Shown: positions 17,423 to 26,354 of the stretch, one piece after another
Layout: every line of letters begins with the position of its first letter
Position numbering within the stretch: position 1 is the stretch's first letter
Assembly: GCA_034408645.1 (NCBI GenBank)
Contig: DASCRE010000239.1
Span: 1-34,603, forward strand
DNA: 34,603 nucleotides
Direction of reading: 5' to 3'
DNA from: Fidelibacterota bacterium
Lineage (GTDB): Bacteria > Fidelibacterota > Marinisomatia > Marinisomatales > AB-629-J13
Notes under the pieces: generated by a model
What the model saw: the letters and a program-made list of their open reading frames with translations, nothing else
Told to the model about the DNA's origin: nothing
Databases searched by the model: none
Position numbers and translations under genes: made by a program

Positions 17423-19768
17423 TTATGTAGATACCTTACTTGTTTCCGTTTCAGCGTCAGGATACTCTACCCGAATATGATAAATCCCTCTCAATACCGG
17501 AAGCATTCCTGTATTGCCATCCACGCTTCCTTTTATTTTCTTTAACTCGCTCAGTGTAAGAGGACATGTATCCATCTGTCCTTCATCAATTCGGTGTTTT
17601 ATTATTTTATCAATCATGGCTTCAATTTTGATTATATCTGGGTTTTTTAACGATCTTACAGCTGCTTCTATTGCTTCACAAAGCATAAGGATTCCAGTTT
17701 CTTTTGTATTAGGTTTAGGACCTGGATATTGGAATACTTTCTTATCAACTTTTTCTGATTTCTCAGCATTTTCTACTGCCTTTCTGTAAAAATATTCTAC
17801 CCGCGTTGTTCCATGGTGCATAGGAATAAAATCTCTAACAATTTTAGGAACTTTATATTCACGCGCTAGTTCTAACCCTTCTTTTACATGGTTTTTGATA
17901 GTTTTTGCACTCATCACATAAGTGAGGGTATCATGTTTGTTTTCCCCAGTATATTGATTTTCAATGAAATACTCGGGGCGTATCATTTTACCTACATCAT
18001 GATAATAAGCTCCTACCCTGCACAGCAGCGAGCGGGCACCAATGGCATTTGCACATGCCTCAGCTAAGTTCCCAACAACAATGCTGTGGTTGAATGTTCC
18101 GTTGGCTTCCTGTTGCAACCTTTTAAGTAATGGGTGTTCAAAATCTAAAAGTTCAATTAATGTAAGATCGGTCGTAATCTGAAAGGCGATCTCCAATAAG
18201 CCTATCAACCCATATGTAATAATAGGAGCCAATATGCTTGTGATTATAAGAGGTAGTAAATCAATCCAAATGGCTGACCAGGGATTCCCCTTAAAAAGCC
18301 CCAAACCAATCAAAACAACAACGCTGATAAATAGAAGAGAAAATATTGTTGTGAAAACCTGAGTCCGTGTGCGAAGTTCTCTCACATTATACATTGCCAT
18401 ACTGGATAAGGTCATTCCAACAATAATGAAATCAAGATTATTCCCAATCATCACTGCATTAAGAATTGCCATTGATGTGGTACCCATAAATCCGATTCTG
18501 GCATCAAATAATATAGTGAGAGTCATGGCTGATACAGTAAGAAACAGAAAGTATGGTGAAAATCCAAGCTGAATCACTGAGAGATATACCAATACTGTCT
18601 CAGTCAAAAAAACCAGAGAAATGAGAAAAATCATTTTCCATTGTTGAAATATGGATCTTCGATAAACACTTAAAAATGTGAAAGCAAGTGAAATAATGGA
18701 TCCAATAACAATCAATCTACCAAAATAACTTAAAAAAACTTGTGCCCCGGTTTTTCCTCCTTCTTTTTCACCAACAGCAGTTGCAAGTGACTCGAGTGTT
18801 AATAGCACTTCTTCACTGATACGTTCATTGGCATCCACAATTCTCTCATCTTTTAATATAGTTCCCTGGAAGCGAGGAACTCTGTCTAACCTTGACTGTT
18901 GTCTTCTTTCTGTTACTTCTTTATCATAAATGAGGTTTGGTTTCATGAATTCAACAATAAGATCATACCCTATTGTGTTCTGAATCTCATTTTTATTTGA
19001 ATAGGATTGAGTTAATTCCTGTTTTGCCTTTATCCATGCTGATTCTAAATCATGATATTCATCGGCATTTGCCAAGACAGGGACCTTGCCTTGATCTATC
19101 ATAGTTTTATCACTTTTTATATCTATTTTGGGAATGTCATAAATTCCCTCTGCCCATCGGTTCCTACAAATTTGGATGATTGTATTTTCAAATTCACTCA
19201 AATCATATTGTGGGCCTGTTTGATATCCCACATCAAAAAAAGAAGCCCAAGGAGTTTCGTTAATAGAAATAGAATATTGAGTTTCAATATTTAAATTCAA
19301 TTGAGATAGTTCAATACTGTCTGCCTTAAAATCAGCTAAAACTATATCATAATTTTCATCATACCTGTATCGGTATACCAGATCTTTTGATTGGATATAT
19401 TTACCCTTGGCTTCCATTATCTCTTCAGAAATAAGAAAAAAATTCTCAAGACTGTTTGTCCATTTTTGCACAAATTTTGTGTTACGTTTAAACACAAAGG
19501 GTTCCAATTTCAAAGCATTTTTCAAATCTGTTTTTAATTTTTCTTCTGACTTGAGAATTGGGAAGGTGAACGGTGCAATAATCGGTTCTCTTGGAATATC
19601 ATTTAATTGGAAAAAATATTTTAACGCTTCCCCTCTAGGAAAAAAGAAAGATGATAAAACGACCAGGCTGGAGAGAATGACGGCCTGAGGCCAAAATTCA
19701 TTAAGAACCGGGGCCGCTCTTTCAAATAAAGATAGCTTGCCGTATTTTTTCTTAGATTTTTTTAACAC
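17423..19768 (-). CDS. 7TM-HD (HDIG) membrane phosphohydrolase, PgpH / cyclic di-AMP phosphodiesterase-like
   Basis: N-terminal TM, large extracytoplasmic domain, ~7 TM block, HPLLKRL, GTFNHS, YYHDVGK, HHGT, YPGPKP; sits directly upstream of ybeY. Confidence 0.88.
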   Translation of the reverse strand: MLKKSKKKYGKLSLFERAAPVLNEFWPQAVILSSLVVLSSFFFPRGEALKYFFQLNDIPREPIIAPFTFPILKSEEKLKTDLKNALKLEPFVFKRNTKFVQKWTNSLENFFLISEEIMEAKGKYIQSKDLVYRYRYDENYDIVLADFKADSIELSQLNLNIETQYSISINETPWASFFDVGYQTGPQYDLSEFENTIIQICRNRWAEGIYDIPKIDIKSDKTMIDQGKVPVLANADEYHDLESAWIKAKQELTQSYSNKNEIQNTIGYDLIVEFMKPNLIYDKEVTERRQQSRLDRVPRFQGTILKDERIVDANERISEEVLLTLESLATAVGEKEGGKTGAQVFLSYFGRLIVIGSIISLAFTFLSVYRRSIFQQWKMIFLISLVFLTETVLVYLSVIQLGFSPYFLFLTVSAMTLTILFDARIGFMGTTSMAILNAVMIGNNLDFIIVGMTLSSMAMYNVRELRTRTQVFTTIFSLLFISVVVLIGLGLFKGNPWSAIWIDLLPLIITSILAPIITYGLIGLLEIAFQITTDLTLIELLDFEHPLLKRLQQEANGTFNHSIVVGNLAEACANAIGARSLLCRVGAYYHDVGKMIRPEYFIENQYTGENKHDTLTYVMSAKTIKNHVKEGLELAREYKVPKIVRDFIPMHHGTTRVEYFYRKAVENAEKSEKVDKKVFQYPGPKPNTKETGILMLCEAIEAAVRSLKNPDIIKIEAMIDKIIKHRIDEGQMDTCPLTLSELKKIKGSVDGNTGMLPVLRGIYHIRVEYPDAETETSKVST

Positions 19769-20909
19769 TTTTTACTATTTCTCTAGAAATGATTAGTCGT
19801 TGAATTTCGCTGGTCCCCTCCCCAATCTCCAAAACTTTTGCGTCACGGAAAAATCGTTCGACATCATATTCTTTTACATAACCATAGCCTCCATGAATCT
19901 GAATAGAATCAGTTGTTACATCCATAGCACATTCACTAGCAAATAATTTAGCCATTGCAGCTTCTTTTATTACATCTTGACCATTATCCTTCATCCATGC
20001 TGAATGATACACAAGCAGCTTTGCTGCTTCAATTCGTGTTGCCATATCGGCCAATTTAAATCCCACAGACTGAAAATGATTTATTTGTTTCCCAAAAGCT
20101 TCCCGCTCACATGCATAGTTCAGCGCTTTTGAATAAGAGCCCTCTGCTGTACCTACGGATAAGGCGCCAATGGAAATTCTGCCTCCAGTTAATGTATTTA
20201 AAAAGGTTTTAAATCCATCCTGAGGGTTCCCTATCATATTCTCTGCAGGAACACACATGTCTTTAAAGAACAATTGATGTGTATCACTAGCGCGCCATCC
20301 CATTTTTTTTTCTTTAGGAGAGATTATAAGACCGGGGTTATTTGTTTCTGTAATAAATGCACCCACCCCTATTGGCTTCCCATCTTCAATTATTTGTGCT
20401 GTGAGGTTTAAATAACCAGATATCCCAGAATTTGTGATAAATATTTTGCTCCCATTTATTACATATTCATCCCCATTTTTTACTGCAGTAGTTTTTGTGG
20501 CACCTGCATCACTGCCAGCTTCTGGTTCCGTCAAGCCAAATGCTCCCAATACTTTTCCTGAGGAAAGGTCGGGTACATATTTCATTTTTTGTTCTTCAGT
20601 CCCTGCTAATACAATAGGCATGGTCCCCAGCGATGTGTGAGCCGCAACAGTGATAGCAACAGAGGCGTCTACTTTGGCCAACTCCATAATTGCTGTTGCA
20701 TAAGCAACAGTGTCCATTCCCACACCACCATATTTTTCTGGTACGGGGATTCCCATTATCCCAAGTTCCCCCATTTTATCGATTAAACCTTTTGGTATGT
20801 TTTCTGTTTTGTCCATTTCCCTTGCCAACGGTTCCACCTCATTTTCCGCAAAATCTCGAACCATATCCCTCAACATTTCGTGCTCTTCGGTAAAAAATAA
20901 TTTATCCAA
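19752..20909 (-). CDS. Acyl-CoA dehydrogenase (short/branched-chain type)
   Basis: PEKYGG, FGLTEPEAGSDA, NGSKIFITN, GRISIGA, QIHGGYGY, IGEGTSEIQR. Confidence 0.95.
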   Translation of the reverse strand: MDKLFFTEEHEMLRDMVRDFAENEVEPLAREMDKTENIPKGLIDKMGELGIMGIPVPEKYGGVGMDTVAYATAIMELAKVDASVAITVAAHTSLGTMPIVLAGTEEQKMKYVPDLSSGKVLGAFGLTEPEAGSDAGATKTTAVKNGDEYVINGSKIFITNSGISGYLNLTAQIIEDGKPIGVGAFITETNNPGLIISPKEKKMGWRASDTHQLFFKDMCVPAENMIGNPQDGFKTFLNTLTGGRISIGALSVGTAEGSYSKALNYACEREAFGKQINHFQSVGFKLADMATRIEAAKLLVYHSAWMKDNGQDVIKEAAMAKLFASECAMDVTTDSIQIHGGYGYVKEYDVERFFRDAKVLEIGEGTSEIQRLIISREIVKSVKKI

Positions 20910-20941
20910 AATAATCCTCTTCCATTGGTCTCGTATTCACT

Positions 20942-21934
20942 TCACCATTTAATTGCAGCAGATGCCCATGTGAATCCTGCACCAAAGGCTGCTAATATAA
21001 TAATGTCTTTTTTAGAAAATCTTCCTTGTTCATAGGCATCACACAGTGCAATAGGAATGGAGGCCCCAGTTGTATTTCCAAATTTGTGAATATTGCTAAA
21101 CACCTTACTTTCTTCAATTCCTAACTTTTTTCTAACCGATATGGTAATCCGTTCATTCGCCTGGTGTGGAATAATAAGTGAAACATCATCAATAGATAAA
21201 TCATTTTCATTCAGAGCTTCTTGAATAACTTCAGGAAATCGGCGAACTGCATTTTTAAACACTTCTCTTCCATTCATATAAGGAAAATGACGCCCCTCTT
21301 TTAACATGTCCACAGAGAGTCTAGGGTTTTCCCTTGATGTTGGGCCTTCACACCATAGCTCTTTCAAATATTTTCCCTGACAATGCAGATGTGTTGAAAG
21401 GATTCCCGTATCGCCATCGTGTTTTTTCAATATTACGGCTCCAGCCCCATCACCAAACAATACTGCCATATCTCGACCTTTTGTTGACATATCCAAGGCA
21501 GTAGATTGCACTTCAGCACCAATTACTAACACAGTTTGATATTTTCCAGTTTGAATAAATTGATCTCCAATAGAAAGAGAATATATAAATGCGGAGCAGG
21601 CCGCTTTTACATCAAAAGCAGCTATGGGTCCTATCTCTAATGCATCCTGAACCTGTGCGCTAACTCCAGGGAAAAAATAATCTGATGTTAAGGTTCCGAC
21701 AATAATTAAATCTATTGTTTGTGGATCAATATCTGCCATTTGAATTGCTTTTTTTGAAGCATCTATAGCTAAATCAGATGTCCCTATACCCGGAGATATC
21801 CATCGCCTTTCCCTGATTCCACTTCGGCTTTGAATCCACTCATCTGATGTGTCCATATGTTTTTCCAATTCAGAATTTTTTACAATTCTATCAGGCACAC
21901 TGTAACCTATTCCCTTAATTTTTGCTCGATTCAT
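20942..21934 (-). CDS. fabH: 3-oxoacyl-ACP synthase III
   Basis: DTSDEWI, AACSAF (Cys), LFGDGAGA, MNGREVF, PHQAN (His), GNT (Asn), AFGAGFTW. Confidence 0.93.
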   Translation of the reverse strand: MNRAKIKGIGYSVPDRIVKNSELEKHMDTSDEWIQSRSGIRERRWISPGIGTSDLAIDASKKAIQMADIDPQTIDLIIVGTLTSDYFFPGVSAQVQDALEIGPIAAFDVKAACSAFIYSLSIGDQFIQTGKYQTVLVIGAEVQSTALDMSTKGRDMAVLFGDGAGAVILKKHDGDTGILSTHLHCQGKYLKELWCEGPTSRENPRLSVDMLKEGRHFPYMNGREVFKNAVRRFPEVIQEALNENDLSIDDVSLIIPHQANERITISVRKKLGIEESKVFSNIHKFGNTTGASIPIALCDAYEQGRFSKKDIIILAAFGAGFTWASAAIKW

Positions 21935-22113
21935 CCGTGAAAAATAATATCCCTAACATTCAACTGAATGGTAGTATTTACTTCTGTCACAGCAGTAATA
22001 TCTTTAATTGAACATAAATCATGGAGTTCGGTCAGAGATGGTAAAAAAAATCTAGACTCTTTTTCTAATCTAAAAGTTTGATCAGACTGAGGATTTAGTG
22101 TTTCCCATTTCAT
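21931..22113 (-). CDS. Small hypothetical protein (60 aa) between rnpB and fabH
   Basis: ATG start just after rnpB; fills the whole gap; TGA overlaps the fabH ATG. No clear RBS or recognisable motif. Confidence 0.35.
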   Translation of the reverse strand: MKWETLNPQSDQTFRLEKESRFFLPSLTELHDLCSIKDITAVTEVNTTIQLNVRDIIFHG

Positions 22114-22123
22114 TTTATAATAA

Positions 22124-22506
22124 TTGAGTCAGTCTATAAGCCGAGTTCTGTTCTCAGGAATCTTAACGAAACCTGATTGATAGTTATTCACCTAGCCCCG
22201 GCGTTTCCATCGGGGTCACGCAATCTACCCGCTTCTCCTGTTGTAAAAACATTGATGCGAACCACATCTTGAAGCCTATTCGATCTTGCACCAGGTGGGG
22301 TTTACAAGTTGCTGATGTTTCCATCAGAACTGGGGGTCTCTTACACCTCCTTTTCACCCTTACCACGACACAAGGGTCGGGGCGGTCTGTTTTCTGCTGC
22401 ACTTTCCATATCCTTGCGGACTCCTCTTGTTATGAGGCACCTTGTCCTGCGGTGCTCGGACTTTCCTCCCCAACATTTTGTCAGGGTAACTATCCGACCG
22501 ACTCAA
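22124..22506 (-). ncRNA. rnpB: RNase P RNA, bacterial type A
   Basis: Minus strand reads GAGGAAAGUCCGAGCAC, GGAAAGUGCAGCAGAAA, GGUAAGGGUGAAA, UAAACCCCACC..GCAAG and ACAGAACUCGGCUUAU; P1 formed by UUGAGUCGGUC / GACUGACUCAA. Confidence 0.98.
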
Positions 22507-23225
22507 TTATTTGTTTTAGGTTGTTCTTCCTCCCAAAATAAAAACCGACCACATACATCACAGTTATATAAATTGGAGTTTTCCTTAACAGAAAATATAA
22601 TTTGTGGTGGAATTGCAGAACCACATCCTTCACAGGCGTTACCTCCCACCGCAACAACGGCCAATCCTTTTTTTCCTTTTAGAATGCGGTCATAGCGACT
22701 TAATAATGGTTGGGGAATTTCTTCTCGTCTGTTATTTCTTGCTTGTTCTAATTTTTTCTTTCTGTCTTCAGACTCAGCCATAGTTGATTCAAGCTTATCT
22801 ATTCTGGTTGACAAGTCTAAAGTTAATTCCTCCAAACTTTCTTCTTGTAATTTAACTTTTTCTTTTAATTGACTTTTTTCTTCCATTAATTCAAGATCTT
22901 TAGTTTCCATTTGATCCACGGATTCTTTCAAATGGTCGATCTCAGCCATAAGAGCATCGTATTGCCTATTGTTCGCGACTTTAAACAATTGATCTTTTAG
23001 AGAATTAATTTTCTCTTTCGCACTAGCAATTTCTACTTCAATTTTATTTAGTTCTACCTCAATATGTTTTAAGCGGTCCTTCCCATTATCTAACTCCTCG
23101 ATTAGCATCGCTTCCTTAGATTTAAGCTCCTCCACTTTCACCGGCAAATCACCCAGATAACTGCGAATTTCTGATAGATTATCATCTATGTTTTGAAGCT
23201 CTTTTAAATGATGAATAGAGTCCAT
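22503..23225 (-). CDS. Coiled-coil protein with C4-type zinc ribbon (DUF164 / CT398-like)
   Basis: LQNIDD N-terminus, long coiled coil, YDRI, CEGC...CDVCGRFLF; AAGGAG RBS. Confidence 0.92.
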   Translation of the reverse strand: MDSIHHLKELQNIDDNLSEIRSYLGDLPVKVEELKSKEAMLIEELDNGKDRLKHIEVELNKIEVEIASAKEKINSLKDQLFKVANNRQYDALMAEIDHLKESVDQMETKDLELMEEKSQLKEKVKLQEESLEELTLDLSTRIDKLESTMAESEDRKKKLEQARNNRREEIPQPLLSRYDRILKGKKGLAVVAVGGNACEGCGSAIPPQIIFSVKENSNLYNCDVCGRFLFWEEEQPKTNN

Positions 23226-23242
23226 TATTCTCCTTTTTTACT

Positions 23243-23275
23243 AAAACAAAAAATGCACCTAACAATAGGTGCATT
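23243..23275 (-). terminator. Perfect 10-bp inverted repeat with U-tract in the leader of the zinc-ribbon/rnpB unit (terminator or operator)
   Basis: AATGCACCTA-ACAA-TAGGTGCATT at 23252-23275; on the minus strand followed by TTTTGTTTT and then the RBS. Confidence 0.55.
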
Positions 23276-23512
23276 GTATACAAAAATATATGTTTGAAAT
23301 TTCTTCTTATTATTAACTTTCAACTGTTTAATCTTTCCATAAATTGTTGTATTAATTGTTTTCTATTATTAATTAATCCATATTTCTAAAAAATACAGGA
23401 ACTAATTTAAATCAATTTTTATATCATAAAAACAATCATAGTTAATTGTGATATCCCTCATCATTAATTTTAGCGTTCAATTATTCTCTGAATTTTTATT
23501 ATTGGCTTTTTA

Positions 23513-26344
23513 ATGAGTTCACCCAAAATATCTGACTCTCTATTTGAAACAAGACACCTTGGTTCAAAAGAAAATGAAACCAACTCAATGATAAATGCGC
23601 TGGGGTTTAAATCCCTGAATCAGTTGACAAAATCCATTATTCCGGATAACATTCAGTGCGATCCGCCCCTTAACCCCAAAAAAGCACTATCAGAATCAGA
23701 AACAATAAAACGTCTCCAAAAATTTGCGGGGGAAAACTCTATTTACCGTTCATACATTGGCATGGGATATTATGGTACGATCGTTCCCGGAGTAATTAAG
23801 AGAAACATTTTGGAGAATCCCGGTTGGTACACAGCCTACACACCTTATCAGGCAGAAATATCACAGGGTCGATTGGAAGCACTGCTAAATTTCCAAACTA
23901 TGGTATCAGATTTAACCGGTCTTCCTATAGCAAATTCATCCCTGCTGGACGAAGGGACCGCAGCCGCTGAAGCTATGACCATGTTTTTCAGTGCCACAAA
24001 TGTGGCAGATAAAAACACGTTTCTGGTATCAGATGTTTGCCATCCTCAAACCATTGACGTACTTAAAACCAGATCAGAACCGTTGGGAATTATCCTAAAG
24101 ATATTAAATCATGATAACTTTGTTTTCGATGAAACGGTTTTCGGTGCATTAGTTCAATACCCTGACACTGAAGGGTCAATCCAAAATCATTTTTCTTTAT
24201 GTAATTCAGCACATGAGAACAAGTCTTTTATATGTATGGCCACAGATTTATTAGCGCTCACCCTTTTAAAATCTCCTGGAGAATTGGGGGCCGATGCTGC
24301 AATTGGAAATTCACAGCGGTTTGGCGTTCCTATGGGATATGGAGGTCCACATGCTGCTTTTTTCTCTGCAACAGAAAAATTTATGCGGAAATTTCCTGGA
24401 AGAATAATCGGTATGTCTAAGGACTCTCATGGAAATCCCGCTCTCAGGATGGCCCTTCAAACCCGAGAACAGCATATCCGGCGGGAAAAAGCAACTTCTA
24501 ATATCTGCACTGCTCAGGTTCTGCTCGCCGTAATGGCAGGAATGTATGCTGTTTACCATGGCCCAAATGGAATCAGGAAAATTGCAAATCGTGTAAATCG
24601 TCTTACTGTCATATTGGCCGAATCTTTAAAAAAGGCTGGTTACGAATTAACCCATTTAGATTTTTTTGATACAATTCGTTTTAAGGCAAGCAAATGGGAA
24701 GAAAGTGCAAAAACCTCTGAATTAAACCTCCGAAACTTTGGTGACGGCACTATCGGGGTCTCTGTTGATGAAACCACAACTGAGAATCATATTTTATCCC
24801 TTTTAAGCGTTTTTAATGCAAAACCAATTGAGACAGATAAAGCAAGTATCCCTGAAACTTTAAAAAGAAATTCATCCTTTTTAGAACATCCAGTTTTTAA
24901 TTCCTATCATTCTGAAACTGAGATGTTACGATATATGCATCGCCTGGAAGCAAAAGATCTATCTTTAAATACAAGTATGATTCCATTGGGGTCCTGTACC
25001 ATGAAACTCAACGCTACCACCGAAATGGAAGCAATTACCTGGCCCGAGTTTGGGAATATTCATCCATTTGCACCAATTCACCAAACGAAAGGGTATACAG
25101 AACTCATCAACGAATTGGGTAGTTGGTTAGTAAGACTCACTGGATTTGATGATATTTCCATGCAGCCCAATTCTGGTGCACAGGGTGAATATGCAGGACT
25201 GCTATTGATTCGTGCTTTTCATTTGGCCAATGGGAATAGTCAGAGAAATATTTGTTTAATTCCTGCATCTGCCCATGGAACTAATCCAGCGTCCGCTGTT
25301 ATGGCGGGGATGAAAGTTGTGATTGTCCAATGTGATAAACATGGTAATATTTCTAAAGAGGATTTAAAGAAAAACGCTGAGCTTTATTCAGAAAATCTCT
25401 CGGCTGTCATGCTAACCTATCCCTCCACACATGGAGTTTTTGAACATACCATTAAAGAAATCTGTGAAATCATTCACAATAATGGTGCCCAAGTTTATTT
25501 GGACGGTGCCAACCTGAATGCAATGTTAGGGCTCTGTAAGCCAGGTGAATTTGGAGGCGATGTTATGCACATAAACCTTCATAAAACTTTTAGTATTCCT
25601 CATGGTGGTGGTGGGCCAGGGATGGGTCCCATCGTATGTAAAGATCATTTGGCACCCTTTTTACCTGGACACTCTCAAATTGAAACAGGCGGCGGAAAAG
25701 CAATTACCGCTGTTTCATCTGCGCCATTTGGAAGTAGTAGTATTCTTCCAATTTCATGGGCATATATGGCTATGATGGGCGAAGATGGTCTTAAAAAAGC
25801 CACACAAGTTGCAATCCTCAATGCTAATTATATGGCAAAAACACTGGGAACTCATTTCCCAATTCTTTACCGTGGTGTCAGTGGGTTTAATGCTCACGAA
25901 TTTATTGTTGATCTCCGGACCCTAAAAAAAGCATCCGGGATCTCTGATGAAGACGTGGCCAAACGACTTATGGATTATGGTTTTCATGCGCCAACAATGT
26001 CTTTTCCTGTCCCGGGAACACTTATGATCGAGCCAACTGAAAGCGAGGCCAAGGCAGAGCTGGATCGTTTTTGTATGGCAATGATTTCCATTAAAAATGA
26101 GATCAAAGATATAATGGATGGAAAAATAGACGGAAAAGATAATCCATTAAAAAACGCACCACACACAGCTATGCATGTTACCTCAAACAGCTGGACTCAT
26201 CCCTACAATCGTAAACAGGCAGCTTACCCGGCCCCCTGGCTGAAAGATCATAAATATTGGCCTTCAGTTGGCCGGGTTGATAATGCGTTTGGAGATCGAA
26301 ACCTGATTTGTACCTGTCCAACTACTGATGATTATAAAAATTAA
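23513..26344 (+). CDS. gcvP: Glycine dehydrogenase (decarboxylating), single-chain P protein
   Basis: YTPYQAEISQGRLE, REQHIRREKATSNICTAQ, MIPLGSCTMKLN, NLHKTF (PLP Lys), PHGGGGPG, GDRNLICTC. Confidence 0.98.
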   Translation: MSSPKISDSLFETRHLGSKENETNSMINALGFKSLNQLTKSIIPDNIQCDPPLNPKKALSESETIKRLQKFAGENSIYRSYIGMGYYGTIVPGVIKRNILENPGWYTAYTPYQAEISQGRLEALLNFQTMVSDLTGLPIANSSLLDEGTAAAEAMTMFFSATNVADKNTFLVSDVCHPQTIDVLKTRSEPLGIILKILNHDNFVFDETVFGALVQYPDTEGSIQNHFSLCNSAHENKSFICMATDLLALTLLKSPGELGADAAIGNSQRFGVPMGYGGPHAAFFSATEKFMRKFPGRIIGMSKDSHGNPALRMALQTREQHIRREKATSNICTAQVLLAVMAGMYAVYHGPNGIRKIANRVNRLTVILAESLKKAGYELTHLDFFDTIRFKASKWEESAKTSELNLRNFGDGTIGVSVDETTTENHILSLLSVFNAKPIETDKASIPETLKRNSSFLEHPVFNSYHSETEMLRYMHRLEAKDLSLNTSMIPLGSCTMKLNATTEMEAITWPEFGNIHPFAPIHQTKGYTELINELGSWLVRLTGFDDISMQPNSGAQGEYAGLLLIRAFHLANGNSQRNICLIPASAHGTNPASAVMAGMKVVIVQCDKHGNISKEDLKKNAELYSENLSAVMLTYPSTHGVFEHTIKEICEIIHNNGAQVYLDGANLNAMLGLCKPGEFGGDVMHINLHKTFSIPHGGGGPGMGPIVCKDHLAPFLPGHSQIETGGGKAITAVSSAPFGSSSILPISWAYMAMMGEDGLKKATQVAILNANYMAKTLGTHFPILYRGVSGFNAHEFIVDLRTLKKASGISDEDVAKRLMDYGFHAPTMSFPVPGTLMIEPTESEAKAELDRFCMAMISIKNEIKDIMDGKIDGKDNPLKNAPHTAMHVTSNSWTHPYNRKQAAYPAPWLKDHKYWPSVGRVDNAFGDRNLICTCPTTDDYKN

Positions 26345-26354
26345 ATGTTCTATA

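Noticed and set aside
22184-22695. ORFs 22184-22402, 22269-22541 and 22309-22695
   Set aside because: Shadow ORFs from the GC-rich rnpB RNA gene and the zinc-ribbon gene.
23280-23512. Glycine riboswitch upstream of gcvP
   Set aside because: Region is extremely AT-rich with no GGAGA...CCGAAG...CUCUCAGG motifs.
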